Assembly: GCF_037042905.1 (NCBI RefSeq)
Contig: NC_087251.1
Span: 48,424,001 to 48,488,000 of the forward strand
Direction: 5' to 3'
DNA from: Lytechinus pictus
Lineage: Eukaryota
DNA length: 64,000 nt
Of the stretch, positions 13,121 to 26,816 are shown piece by piece (position 1 is the first letter of the stretch; every line of letters starts with the position of its first letter). Both the position numbers and the translations under genes were made by a program. The notes beneath the pieces are model-generated. The model made no database searches. It saw only the letters and a list, made by a program, of their open reading frames with translations, and had not been told where the DNA came from.

Positions 13121-13429
13121 ACTCTATTAACGCTACAGTTTGTCTATTCCCTATGGGCAATTTTAGTAGATCCTGAAAAACTGTGTTATATTAAATACCC
13201 TTCTATAATATTCACGAAACTGTTGTTCAAGTTAAATCAAACCACATTGTATTTGTAACTCAACATTAATATATATATATACATAATCATAAAGATTGTA
13301 ATTTTATATTCTGCATTTGAATAACTCTTTGTATGTCTCAATACAACTTCAACCCGATAAATTTAAGGGTTAAATTACTGTCTATATCATATGTCTATCA
13401 ACATATCATTGATATATGCATACTTTTAA

Positions 13430-13957
13430 CTTTTGTGGTTAATTCTAAGATTCATAATTATAACAAACGTCAGAGACATCTTATTCACCAACCCTATGCT
13501 AGAATTAATGCTACATTGAAATCCTTCAGAACAATTTGCGTTAAAGAATGGAATATGTGTCCTGCTGATATAAGAAGTAGCAGTACCCTGTCTCGGTTTT
13601 AGAAATTATGTCATAAATACCTACTTGATAAATTTAAGACCAGTTGTTAGTTGCACCTGGGAGTGACATGTTTGGAGTGTGAATGGGTGTGTTTGTCTGT
13701 GTGAGTGTGTGTATGCTTGCGTGTGGGTAGTGTTCCTGTTGTGATCTTTAAATACCTTGTATTTTTTTTCTTCTTCTTTTCATAGTTATTCCATGTTTGA
13801 GTAAAATATCTTATGCAGGGGCCCCTGATTACAAGCTGTGCTTCTTTGGGGTCCCAAACCTGTCATTTGTTTTAGTTCTTTATAATGTAACCATTTATTT
13901 TGTTTGTATTTTGTTCTCCTTTGACTGGTTTGAATAAATTAAATTCAATTCAATTCA
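13430..13957 (+). mobile_element. 5'-truncated 3' end of a second LINE between ORF1 and ORF2
   Basis: FVVNSKIHNYNKRQRHLIHQPYAR...SFRTICVKEWNMCPADIRSSSTLSRF parallels the ORF2 C-terminus at ~17050-17240. Has its own 3' UTR and AATAAA plus (AATTC)n tail at 13933-13957. Confidence 0.75.
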
Positions 13958-14311
13958 CTTACATTATTATATTATCATGTGTCTATATATTTGCTGAAGG
14001 CAAACCTAAAATTGACGAATTTTCCTCCAGATTATCCGAATTGTTTATGCGCTAAATAATATATAGTAATTGTTTTATACTTTTATATTCTACTTCATTA
14101 TTATACACCATTATATTGTTTAGATCTTTGCTTATAGTGTGTACATATTCTATATTAGATCTTTAATGGGCTTTTGTATATGTTTTTCCCGTGTATTTAG
14201 TCTCTCAAAGTCATATTGTAACAATTGCCATTTCCACTTTAAGAACATGTCTTTAGATATCAATGCCAGTGTCTTAACGATAGTAGATAAACAAACAATG
14301 TAAATCCTTAG

Positions 14312-17261
14312 ATGGTTGAGTCTTTAAACATGTCTTTTTCTGAAGAAGAACTCAAATCTAATGAATGCCACTTTTATTTACCCGATGAGTTTAATTCCTG
14401 TCATAAAAACAACAAGTCTTATTTCAGCTTACTACATTTAAATGCCCGGAGTTTAAGTCGCAACTTTGACATTGTATCTAATCTACTTAAATCCCTGAAC
14501 AATTCGCTATCCATCATTGGAGTAAGTGAATCATGGTTAAACCCTAATTCTCCTACTTTATTCAATTTAGAAGGTTATCAGATGTTACAGTCGGACAGAT
14601 TACATGGACGTGGAGGAGGCGTAGTATTATATGTAAAAGAAGATATTTCCTTTCAATTAACAACCCCTCTGTCCGAATCACCAGACTTAGAGATGCTTTT
14701 TGTAGAAATTACCAATGTCAAATATAAAAATGTAATTGTAGGTGTAGCATATCGTCCACCCGGTACGAATATTGAATCATTCACTCTTCAATTAGAATCA
14801 TGTATCAGTAATTTTTCGAAAGGTGGTAAACATATTTATCTAATGGGCGACTTTAATGTAAACTTACTTACAAAAAACGACCAGACTTATAATACATTCA
14901 TGTCGTTTCTGAATAGTTACGCCCTCTATCCATTAATAGACAAGCCTACCAGAGTATCCCCGGCATCCGCAACGCTTTTAGATTTTCACAAATGTTGTAA
15001 GAGAAGATTTCCAAAGTGGTATTTTATACTCTGATATATCAGATCACCTTCCTATTTTTTACAATATCAAGAACACAAGGGAAACGATGTGAATCTAATG
15101 AATATTTTAATAGACAATATTCAATCGAAAATATAAACTCCCTTAAAATCGACCTTATAAAAGAAACCTGGTCAGATGTTTTTCAAGAAACACATGACAT
15201 GAACATAGCATATGAACTTTTTCTTCAAAAATTTAAGGAATATTATGATAAAGATATACCTTGTTTGCTCAAAAAGAAAAGAAAAAATAATGTTCATAAT
15301 CCCTGGATTACTAATGCGATAATGAATTCTATCCGAAAAAAGAACCGATTATATAAGTTGTATATACGCAATCCTAGCAATACCGTCCAACATAACATAT
15401 TTAAGGCTTATCGTAACAAACTAACAGCCGTTATTAGAGCATCACGCAAAATGTATTATACAAATAAACTTAAAAGAGTATCGGGAAATATGTCTGCTAC
15501 CTGGTCCATCTTAAACAATATCTTAGGTAGGGGCAAAAGAACAGAATTCACAAAGAAATGTACTCTGAAAAAGAAAAGACACATGACCCACAGAAAATTG
15601 TAAACATCTTAAACAAATATTTTGTAAACATAGGGCCAATGTTATCAAAAACTTTTATAACTAATGAGCACTCTTTTAAAGATTTTTTACCTGAACGAGC
15701 TGAAAACTCGATATTTTTCAAACCCGTAAGACCACACTAAGTTATATCCATAGTAAAATCCCTTAGAAATACCAAAACTTGTGGTCATGATGATATTAAC
15801 TCACTTATCTTAAAACAAATAATCTTTTTTATAGCTGAACCACTATGTCATATTTTCAACTTATCATTGTCTCTTGGATGCTATCCGAATTCTTTCATAT
15901 TAGCACGGGTCGTACCAATATTCATAAAGGGAAATCGTATCCAATGTGAAAATTACCGACCTATATTTATCTTACCCTCTTTATCTAAAATCTTAGAAAG
16001 AATAATCCATATCCAGGTATATAATTTTTTAGACAAAAACAAATTACTTTGCACCGCCCAATATGGTTTTAGGAGACAACATTCAACTGAATTAGCAGTT
16101 TTGGACTTATATGATAGAATAACCAAATCCCTTGCAAAAAAACAATATATAACTGGATTATTTTTTGACCTTTCAAAAGCGTTCGACACGCTTGATCATT
16201 CAATATTAATACATAAACTTGAACATTATGGTATAAGGGGTACGCCTCTTGCATGGTTCAAAGATTATTTAAAGAACAGAATTCAATACACTGAGGTCGA
16301 CTTAAATAAATCACAAATTTTAGAACTCCAGTGTGGCGTCCCACAAGGATCCATTCTTGGGCCGCTTCTTTTTATAATATATATGAACGACATTGTAAAT
16401 TCTTCCAAAATGCTTAGCTATGTGTTATTTGCAGATGATACGACACTGTTATATTCCCATCATGATTTTAATAAAATGATCGTCACTATCAATGTAGAAT
16501 TACGTAAACTAACCAACTGGCTACAATGTAATAAGTTATCTCTAAACCTCAGTAAAACCAATTATATTATATTTCACAACCCAATAAAAAAGATTATGGA
16601 AGACCAGTGCCAAATCTTAATAGACAATACCCTAATTGAAAGGAAAACTAATGTTAAATTTCTTGGCGTTGTTCTCGATCAACATTTAAACTGGAATTAG
16701 CATTTTCAGCATCTAAGAACTCATATTTCTAGAATTATTGGTATAATGTTTAAACTTAAAGATACGTTAATGCCAAAGTCTATTATACTATTGTACAATT
16801 CTTTTATATTATCTTATTTATCTTATGCTAATATTGCGTGGGGTTGTGGAACAAAAAGAAATGTTAATTCCTTATTGCTACTGCAGAAAAGAGCCATAAG
16901 AATTTGCACAGGTTATCCTTACTTAGCCCATACTGATCCAATTTTCAAAAAACTGAACATGTTAAAAATATCTGATATCATTATCTTACAAACTGCAAAT
17001 TTTATGTTCAATTACACTAATCACTTGGTTCCAAGCAATTTCAATTCAATGTTTATACGCAATACCCAGGTTCATGAACACAATACCAGAGGTTCTAACA
17101 ATTTTCATCTTAGTAATCCCAAAACAGTACTTGCTTATAAATCCATTAGACATAGAGGACCTGATGTTTGGCACTCGCTGCCTTGTGAAATTAAAAGATG
17201 TTCTTCGCTTTATTCTTTTAAACGTAAGCTAAAAAAACACATATCATCATATGACTCATAA
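14312..17261 (+). pseudogene. LINE ORF2 (AP endonuclease plus reverse transcriptase), disrupted
   Basis: APE motifs HLNARSL, GVSESWL, YRPP and GDFN; RT motifs NYRPI, QYGFR, DLSKAFD, GVPQGSILGPLLF, FADDT and FLGV. Two frameshifts (~14985, ~15560) and two in-frame stops (15738-15740, 16698-16700). Confidence 0.93.
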
Positions 17262-17572
17262 ATCTTCTTAAAGTGTATTTTGATAATTTATATATTGTTA
17301 CACTGGCTTCCAGTTCCCGATGGGGGAGGGGGGGGGGTTAGGACATTTGTTCATGTCATCATTTTAACCTATGCCAATATATGTATTGCCATGATGGCAC
17401 TCGGGGTCTGCCTCGTCAAGACCTTTCGGTCTTTTGCAGTCTCCCAAATTTCATTTTATATTTATGTATGTTTAATTGTTTTGTTACTATGTATTTCTCT
17501 GATATTGTATCTTGTATTTTTATTGAATGGAATTTGAATAAATTGAATTGAATTGAATTGATTTCATACTAA

Positions 17573-17701
<129 letters not shown>

Positions 17702-17877
17702 TAAATTTGATTCAATTGTATTTAGCAAGAGATGCGTGTGACCATAAAGTTTAGTTTAATGGTATTGTAACATTAGATTTTCAAACAATACTAGATGGAA
17801 AGCAGACCAGTTCCAAATACACAAACTGATTATAGGTAAAATTTTTATGACTAAATCAATAAAACATTACTATTGGG

Positions 17878-20722
17878 CATAGGCAGATCCGGGGGGGGGG
17901 GGGCCAAGGGGCCTGCCCCCCCCCCCCCCTATTGGCAGAGCAGAAAAGAGAAAAAAAGGGGGAAAGAAAAAAAGGAGGGAAAAGAAGGGAGAAAAAAAAA
18001 AGAAGAGGAGGAAGATGAGTGAATAAAATAAGATGAGGGGAAGACTAAATAAAAAAAATCTTTCATGTCACTATATAAAATTTTAACTCGTGCTTTGCGC
18101 TCGCATTGCCTGTTAGGTGATTTACATATATTGCTCAATATGGAACTTAAAATATCAAGTTTGGAAGTCAATATACATGTACAAAACATATTTCAGCTTG
18201 TTTTTGGGGGTTTACATATTGATTTTGAAAAAGCGCTCTGGATAGTACAGAACAAGCCGAGATGTGAACCATGGAATTGAGATATTTCTACAGTGTTGAT
18301 TTGTAGATTTTATTCAATCTGAAATGATAAAAAACAGCATATTTTGAGTCATCTCATCCTGAATTAAAACATGCACTTAAAAATGAATATCTTGTGTAAC
18401 CTGGTCTTGATGCATTAACATTTGTCCATTCTGACCAAGATTGACTTTCATTGTTTATAGTAAAAGCATGGATTAAGACTAATATAAATCAACTGAAGGT
18501 CTGAATGTAGCAGACAATATTATTTTCTATCAAAATCACTCCTTATACAAAAGGTAGAAAAATTCATCGCCCAATTTTGGCAGGGCGCCATCAACGCATA
18601 GTTGAGTCCAACTATGCCGAAACAATTCCCTAATAGCTTTTAAAACTGCTTTTCTCTAAATTAAATGTATATGCAATTATTCATGAACCAAAACTAGTTT
18701 TGTCAGAAACTTATTTCTACTTTTTTTAAAATACACTTCATGAGTTCACCAAACGTTCATGTATCAGACTCATGACCATGTTTTTGTATCATTTTGTATA
18801 GATCTATATAAATTTATGCACTTTCACCTCGCAATGAGCAACTTGTCTTAAGCATAGATATGCTTTAAAATACATCAATCCAAACTTTGTAATATGAAAT
18901 TAAACCCACATATTTTGTCTCTTCAATCTCACTAAAAGAAGTCTTATATTTTCATGCTCTTGCTAAGATTATAAATCCAAACCAAACTAAACTTCCTGGA
19001 AATGTTCATATTCACATTTTCCAACATCACTAATTGCTCCCAAAAAACTAAACAAAGCTTTCAACTGAAGCCTTTCATTAATTAAATATTCAGAATTTAG
19101 ACATTTTGTATCTTTTACCTTATAACACAAATTTCAGTTATGTGCATTTAAGACAATTGTGATCAGATTCAACACGAACCTTTCGAGCCAAAAATTGTCT
19201 ACTAACTTCAACCCCTTTTCACGTGTACATTTATAATGAATTTTTACTTCTGTTATTCGTCAATAACTCTCTTTGACTTTCTTGACATAATTATACAATC
19301 AACACATTATCTCCCCTATTATCTGATTAATCTACGAAACTTACTTCTATGACGGGACACAAATGAACATTGCTGAATTTGACATAAAAGGTGACGAACT
19401 GCAACACCTCCGTTAATTCATGAACGTGAAAAATCTGATGCTGAAGATAGCGCACTGCTGTAAATTGACGTGTTGACAAATTTGCTATGGTATCTTTGAG
19501 ATAGATAATTAAAACAAAGGTTATAATAATTATATGGCGTTTAATCCAAAACAAATCACTTTTTTCCAAAGTTTAATCTTCTCTCCAATTTAGCCTTTCT
19601 GAAGGATTAAATTTTCTCACATACGGTATTCAGCTTCTTACCAAAACACGCTCTGTAAAGATTTTTATGGTCTGAAAATTTTTTCTCGCACTAGGTCTAG
19701 ATTTTGATAATTTTCAGCTCGTGCTTCCCCCTCCCATTCCTTGTTTAGTTAGATACAAATGATGTCATACGAATTATGTTGTATGATTAAAAAAGCACTA
19801 ACTTAGAATATTCCGCCTTAACATCTTAATATTGAAAAATATTTGCACTCACATGTTTTTCTTTACTTGTCATGTCTTTACTAATTGCCCTAGATACGCC
19901 ACTGCTTAAATTGACCCATTTCGGATAGGAATGTCAAATGTTTGAAGCTCGCGCTTCGCGCTTCTTTATGATGAAAAGTGTATTTAGAATGCCCAGATTC
20001 TAGGTCTAAATCTGAAACCCGCTTGCATGTTTTTTCAGATACGCAGCTTGTTCTCTATTCAAATAATTTTCCAGTTTCAGATCAGAATTAAAAAAATATT
20101 CTTAATATATAGTATATTATTAATGTAGGAAGATCCCCAATTACTCATCATTTTCATGATTTACAAAACATAAATAGAGTGTCCCAGTTTTAGGTCTAAA
20201 TCTTGAATTCCGGTTTACTTATATACCTATCCTGTTCAGGATTACAAAAAGTGCTTAAAATTTCCATTCTTTAGGTAGAAATGTCAAACATTTTCTCATT
20301 ATATGATTATTGAAACATGTAACATCTTCATGGCTAACTGCAAGCAGTCCTTTACAGGTACCTTTTCGATCAGTTAAAAATGTAATAATAATTTCTGCTC
20401 ACGCTTTGCGCTCGCAGGAATTATTTAGTTGCATACACATCTTCTTCAGGATCACAAACATTGCCCAGAATGTTCAAATTTTACGAAAAAGTACATAAAA
20501 TTTCAAAAAAATTTAGCTTGCGCGTTGCGCTTGCACTGTTTGAATAAGGACTATGAGATTATTATATATTTATGTTGATTTATAAGAATAAAGCTAAGAT
20601 GTGACTATTAGGACTACCTCTTCAAAGAAACACAAAAATAAACTTTGAGCGGCCGATCAGTGAAAATATGGCTGAGAAAAATTCCGGGCCCAACGTATTG
20701 GCGAAGGCTGGATCCGCCACTG
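17878..20722. mobile_element. 2.8-kb non-autonomous hAT-like element
   Basis: Termini cataggcagatcc / ggatccgccactg; perfect 8-bp TSD ctattggg (17870-17877, 20723-20730); recurring gctcgcgcttcgcgctcgc-like motifs inside. Confidence 0.8.
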
Positions 20723-21073
20723 CTATTGGGTTATAGAGAGTAATAGATGAAAATAACAAGGGAAAGGGGAATATGAGATTGTGAAATATCTTTCATGCTA
20801 TAATGTGCAGTCCTTAAAGGGATTGTTATGCAAATAAAATTGATGACTTGGATGAGACGAGATGAGAATTCCTGGTAGCGTGATGAGTAGATGAGTTCAG
20901 ATTAGAAGTCCTGGCAGTGATGAGTATATGAGCGACGACAAGTAGATGAGCATTGAAGACTGTCTGGACAGTCAATCTTGGCTGTTTTTGCCAAACCTGT
21001 AAACCACTTTTTTGCAGGTTTCACAATTACCCACTGCCTTTCATGAAGTATTTCTTGAAGTACCTGTAACTAA

Positions 21074-21235
<162 letters not shown>

Positions 21236-21246
21236 TAAATAGAGTA

Positions 21247-21490
21247 GAGGTGTGGTCACTCAGTGGCTAAGTCTCCAGACTTTGAGCCCCAAGGTCCAGG
21301 GTTCAAATCCTACAGGTAGCACTCATGTTCTTTCACAAAGTGTTTATCTGCAATTTACACTCTTCACCCAGGCATAGTAAATGGCACCTGATCAGGGTAG
21401 CCATGCCAAGCCGGGGTTTTAATATGCAGCACTTAAGAACATTGTATGAAGTGCTTTAATATAAATGCTGCATATTATAATAATTATTAA
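21247..21490 (+). mobile_element. tRNA-derived SINE
   Basis: A box (tcagtggctaag), B box (ggttcaaatcc), cactcttcacccagg...taaatgg core and ATT-rich tail. Confidence 0.75.
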
Positions 21491-22101
21491 GTATTGAGAG
21501 TGGTATTTGGATTGCCTCTGTATGACTCTTATGGAAAGTTAGGAATTCAAGATAAAGGACAATTACACTCATATCAAACATTTTCATTTTCGAGGCAATG
21601 CAAATCCATAGTTTCTTCTGATTTATTTTGCCTGTTGTGGTTTCTTGGAGGCATTAGGTTTTGTTTCCACGATAACTGATACAACTTTTGACTTCTTGGT
21701 TTATACATGCTGATAAGAGGGATTATCAGAAATTTGAATTATAAGAGATTGTAAACAAATGAAAATTATATAATCAACAAGACCAGCTCAGCATCACTTT
21801 CACGGATACTGAAAAATTGCCCCCCCCCCCTTGGGGTATGCTCCTCGCATAAGAATCTCTTGTCAAATAATTTTCACAGACTGGAACATTTTCATTTGTT
21901 TACAATCTCTTATAATTCAAATTTCTGGTCATCTTGATTCCTAATACTTTCTCAGATTGCTGTTAAATGGTGTTTCACTTGCAGTTGATTATGGTGTTGA
22001 AGCATTTCACAAATTTGTACTTCATTGGATTTGTCTTGAATATTTCTGTTGCCTTTTTCCATATATCAGTTCTCTATTTTTTGTTTCCTCCTGTCTTTCA
22101 G

Positions 22102-22179
22102 GTTTGATAAACTTCTTTACCTAGGAGTAAGTGAAGATAGATCATCACAGTCAAGAATTCTTCATGCCCTGACAAGAAA
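22102..22179 (+). CDS. PEX6: PEX6 coding exon
   Basis: tttcAG acceptor and GTgagt donor; 78 nt. (R)FDKLLYLGVSEDRSSQSRILHALTR(K). Confidence 0.95.
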
Positions 22180-24038
22180 GTGAGTATTATTGACCTTTGA
22201 ACTGGCATAAAAATCGTTTAAAGTATAGATCCATCTAAACATTATTTTAAAGCAGGAAAAATGATGAAAATATTGGTGTAGTTTTGACAAAATTCCATCG
22301 AAGAAGAAGAGAGTTATAATATTTTTAAAGTTTTGAATTTGCGATGTCATATGGTATTAGCTGCCCTTATCAGTTGGTCAATGAAATATAAATGATATCA
22401 TAGGTCATGAAATATTAATTATATAAATACACATTTTTAATGGGTCGTGATGACTAATAACATTTTTTTCATAGAACAGAAGTGTGTATAAAATTAAATG
22501 TGTCTGAAAACATATTGAATGCGTAGGTAAAATCCCTTCTTGGATGTTATGAGAAATGGCATTTTATGCAATTTATGTTGTCCCAATAACAGGGTTCTTT
22601 GACAGTTTTTTTTTTGTTGTTGTCAAACTTCATGAATATGTCTCCTTATTTTTTCTGCTTTTATAAAAACCATGTTTACATCAACATGAACTTTTCAGTA
22701 ATTGATAAGTATATCAACCATGATGGTGAGGTCTTGTACAATGCTATGTCTGTGAGATATACGACTCATGTGATCCACAAGTTTTACCCTGGACTTTGCC
22801 CAGGCACGGACCGAGCCAGATTAGACACAAGAGCATTTCAGGGCCCATATTGTTTTTACACAATACTAGTAGTCGGTCTTTCAAAGCTATTGTATCGGGG
22901 TGGATCCAGCTCTGCCTTCATGTACCTGCCAGCATCAGAACTCTGGCACACACTTATCGTGGCTTCAGAATAGAAGCTAATAATGGTCTGTTACTGTAGC
23001 ATTACTGGACATGCATGTGAATTTCTTCTAGGTACCTATTTATGTAGGTCAATCTACCCTAGTATTTGATGCTGTAATTCGATTTTGACCTTGACCTTAA
23101 TATGGTTCATAGATGATTAGAGACAAAAAAAATATACCATGATACTTCCCAATGTTTTTTTATCATTTCTGCACTTTTCTGGTTGAAAATCCGAAGTAAT
23201 TTTATTTTGAATGCCTTTTTCATTGGTTTCTTGTGCAGTATTACATGATAAGTTTGAGCTTCCAACCCCTCTGCCTCCCATACATTAAGAAATAAATGTA
23301 TCCAAAATCAGAATTTTTATAGTGAAAGAGAGGAAAGTAAGTACATTGTAAGTATTATTTAGTGAAGGTCTGTTCCTGTATGTAAGAGCATTTTGTAGGA
23401 GGTTTTCAGAAGTCCAGGCCAAATGAAAAAAAAATTGTTTGATGTCATAGTGTTTATTTGGTAAACCATTACTAAATTAATAAAACATCAGTCTACAAGA
23501 AAATGATGATAAACTTGAACGATGATTGGATCAGTTTTTTCAGAATATTTTCCAGAATGTTTTGATACATGTGTGTAATCTTCAAGTACATTGCCTTTTA
23601 TCGCTTTGTCACGATTTGATAAAATCAATGATAAATGATCACATCAAGTCCTTAATTGACAAGGCATGCTGAGTACAAATCCTTCCCATGCAATTAACAA
23701 AGCGCAATGGCAATCCAAGATATCCAACATGACATAATTAATGCGTAAAGATGTCCCTGATCATGCTGTAAATCTTCTTTATAAAAGAAAGAATAATGCA
23801 GTACAGATTAAAGCTTTGATAAATTGTTGTTTGATGACAGCATATGCATACCCTAAATGTCAAAGGTATTTGTAAAGCATTGTTCAGGATGGATGAGTAT
23901 TTACAAGTAGTTTTCTATAATGAACTCTCTTTCCAGCTCATTGCAAATACTTTTTTTTGCGGAAATAAAGTTTGATCTTCAGTGATTATTTTAAACATTT
24001 TAAAATCAAATGACGTAGGCAACTTGAGAAACCAGTGG

Positions 24039-26047
24039 TTTTTGTCTCGCCTGCGTAGCGGAGCGAGACATAGCTATCACTATTTCCGGTGTCGGCGTCG
24101 TCGTCAACAATTGTGTTGTACACCCAATAACTTTCTATAGCTTCGAGGTGGGATCACCAAATTCATACCAGAGGTCCATCTCCTGAAGGCACAGGTCAAG
24201 TTCGAATATGAGTCGAATTTGAATAAGGTCAAAGGTCAATGAACTTTCCATGACTGGCACTGTGCTGTGTTGTACACATAATAACTTTGTACACCCAATA
24301 ACTTTCTATAGCTTCGAGGTGGGATCACCAAATTCATACCAGAGGTCCATCTCCTGAAGGCACAGGTCAAGTTCGAATATGAGTCGAATTTGAATAAGGT
24401 CAAAGGTCAATGAACTTTCCATGACTGGCACTGTGCTGTGTTGTACACATAATAACTTTGTACACCCAATAACTTTCTATAGCTTCGAGGTGGGATCACC
24501 AAATTCATACCAGAGGTCCATCTCCTGAAGGCACAGGTCAAGTTCGAATATGAGTCGAATTTGAATAAGGTCAAAGGTCAATGAACTTTCCATGACTGGC
24601 ACTGTGCTGTGTTGTACACATAATAACTTTGTACACCCAATAACTTTCTATAGCTTCGAGGTGGGATCACCAAATTCATACCAGAGGTCCATCTCCTGAA
24701 GGCACAGGTCAAGTTCGAATATGAGTCGAATTTGAATAAGGTCAAAGGTCAATGAACTTTCCATGACTGGCACTGTGCTGTGTTGTACACATAATAACTT
24801 TGTACACCCAATAAATTTCTATAGCTTCGAGGTGGGATCACCAAATTCATACCAGAGGTCCATCTCCTGAAGGCACAGGTCAAGTTCGAATATGAGTCGA
24901 ATTTGAATAAGGTCAAAGGTCAATGAACTTTCCATGACTGGCACTGTGCTGTGTTGTACACATAATAACTTTGTACACCCAATAAATTTCTATAGCTTCG
25001 AGGTGGGATCACCAAATTCATACCAGAGGTCCATCTCCTGAAGGCACAGGTCAAGTTTGAATATGAGTCGAATTTGAATAAGGTCAAAGGTCAATGAACT
25101 TTCCATGACTGGCACTGTGCTGTGTTGTACACATAATAACTTTCTATATCTTAGAGGTGGGATCACCAAATTCATACCAGAGGTCCATCTCCTGAAGGTA
25201 CAGGTCAAGTTCGAATATGAGTCGAATTTAAATAAGGTCAAAGGTCAATGAACTTTCCATGACTGGCATTGTGCTGTGTTGTACACATAATAACTTTCTA
25301 TATCTTAGAGGTGGGATCACCAAATTACCAAATTCATACCAGAGGTCCATCTCTTGAAGGCACAGGTCAAGTTCGAATGTGAGCCAAATTTGAATAAGGT
25401 CAAAGGTCAATGAACTTTCCATGACTGGCACCGTGCTGTGTTGTACACACAATAACTTTCTATAGCTTCGAGGTGAGATCACCAAATTCATAACAGAGGT
25501 CCATCTCTTGAAAGTGCAGGTCAAGTTCAAATGTGAGCCGAATTTGAATAAGGTCAAAGGTCAATGAACTTTCCATGACTGGCACTGTGCTGTGCTGTAC
25601 ACACAATAACTTTCTATATCTTCGAGTTAGGATTGCCAAATTCATACAAGAGGTCCATCTTTTGAAGGTGCAGGTCAAGTTCAAATGTGAGTTGAATTTG
25701 ATTAAGGTCAAAGAACTTTCCATGACTGGCACTGTGCTGTGTTGTACACATAATAACTTTTTATATCTTCGAGGTAGGATTGCCAAATTCAAACAAGAGG
25801 TCCATCTCTTAAAGGTGCAGGTCAAGTTCAAATGTGAGTTGAATTTGATTAAGGTCAAAGGTCAATAAACTTTCCATGACTGGCACTGCTGTATTGTACA
25901 CACAATAACTTTCTATAGCTTCGAGGTGGGATCGCCAAACTCGTAAACGAGGTCCATCTAAGTCATATAGCATACATGTAGTTTTGACATGCAGTCTCTT
26001 CATGACTGCAATATGCAGGCGAGACAACGCTTGGCATTTGCCTTGTT
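24039..26047 (+). mobile_element. HINE-like element, second subfamily, with about 12 tandem units of 171/153 bp
   Basis: Ends gtctcgcctgcg...gcgagac and tgcaggcgagac...ggcatttgcc-ttgtt. Period 171 bp at 24121, 24292, 24463, 24634, 24805 and 24976, then about 153 bp. Confidence 0.85.
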
Positions 26048-26471
26048 TATTTTTATCGCTATTTCTAATTGATAATAAAAAAAAAAATTCTTCATTATCT
26101 TTTGACAGAATGATTTTGCAGAAAAAATTTCATGAAATCTAATAAGACTATACACATGTGTTTGTGGGGGGGGGGGAGGAGGCGGTCTAGGCATTCCTTC
26201 TTATTCTCTCTTATTCCATGTTTTTCATTGATTGTTACAATTTTGCCCTACATTACGTTTGTAGGTCAATGTACAAAGGAACAACCACGATTAAACAATA
26301 GCAAATTATACAACAATGATCTTCTAAGATGTTTTTCTGTATTGAGTATTATGATGAAAAAGTCCTGACTTTATTGTTTTGATTATTTTGTACAGAAAAA
26401 GACCATTGCTCCCTTTCCAACTAAACTTGGGTGATGATGCATATGGGGAACCTTCATTGTGTAGTGGCATC

Positions 26472-26785
26472 AGGGCCCCGTCTTACAAAGAGTTGTGATT
26501 GATGCAATTAATCGCAACTATAGAAAGCCAGCAAAGTCAACATCTAAAATTCATGTTGTTTTTTTTTATTAGATATGAATGTATATCCATAAATTCATTG
26601 ATTTTTTGACAATTTGGTGTGTTCCCCTTTTGTTTACAAAGGACATTTTGCAAATTTCCTGTAGAAAAAATTATGACACTGATGGATTTCCCAGACCTGC
26701 CAACCAGTACTTATTAGCCGTATTTAGTACGTTTTTGCAACCAAAATACGGCAGTACGTTTTTTCTTTAAAAAATACGTTTTTTG

Positions 26786-26816
<31 letters not shown>

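Larger units (their letters stand above)
11955..17561 (+). mobile_element. Near full-length non-LTR retrotransposon, CR1/L2 group, in a PEX6 intron
   Basis: ORF1 plus APE-RT ORF2, then a 3' UTR ending in AATAAA and an (AATTG)n tail at 17537-17561. The 5' boundary is approximate. Confidence 0.9.

Noticed and set aside
22599..22999. Overlapping 124-aa and 67-aa ORFs as alternative PEX6 exons
   Set aside because: The flanking exons join in frame without them and they show no AAA-like sequence.
24117..25960. Regular repeat array as a CRISPR locus
   Set aside because: Units repeat along their full length with no unique spacers, there are no cas genes, and the context is a eukaryotic intron.
24990..26027. 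Several overlapping repetitive ORFs
   Set aside because: Translations of satellite units with frame switches; no coding evidence.
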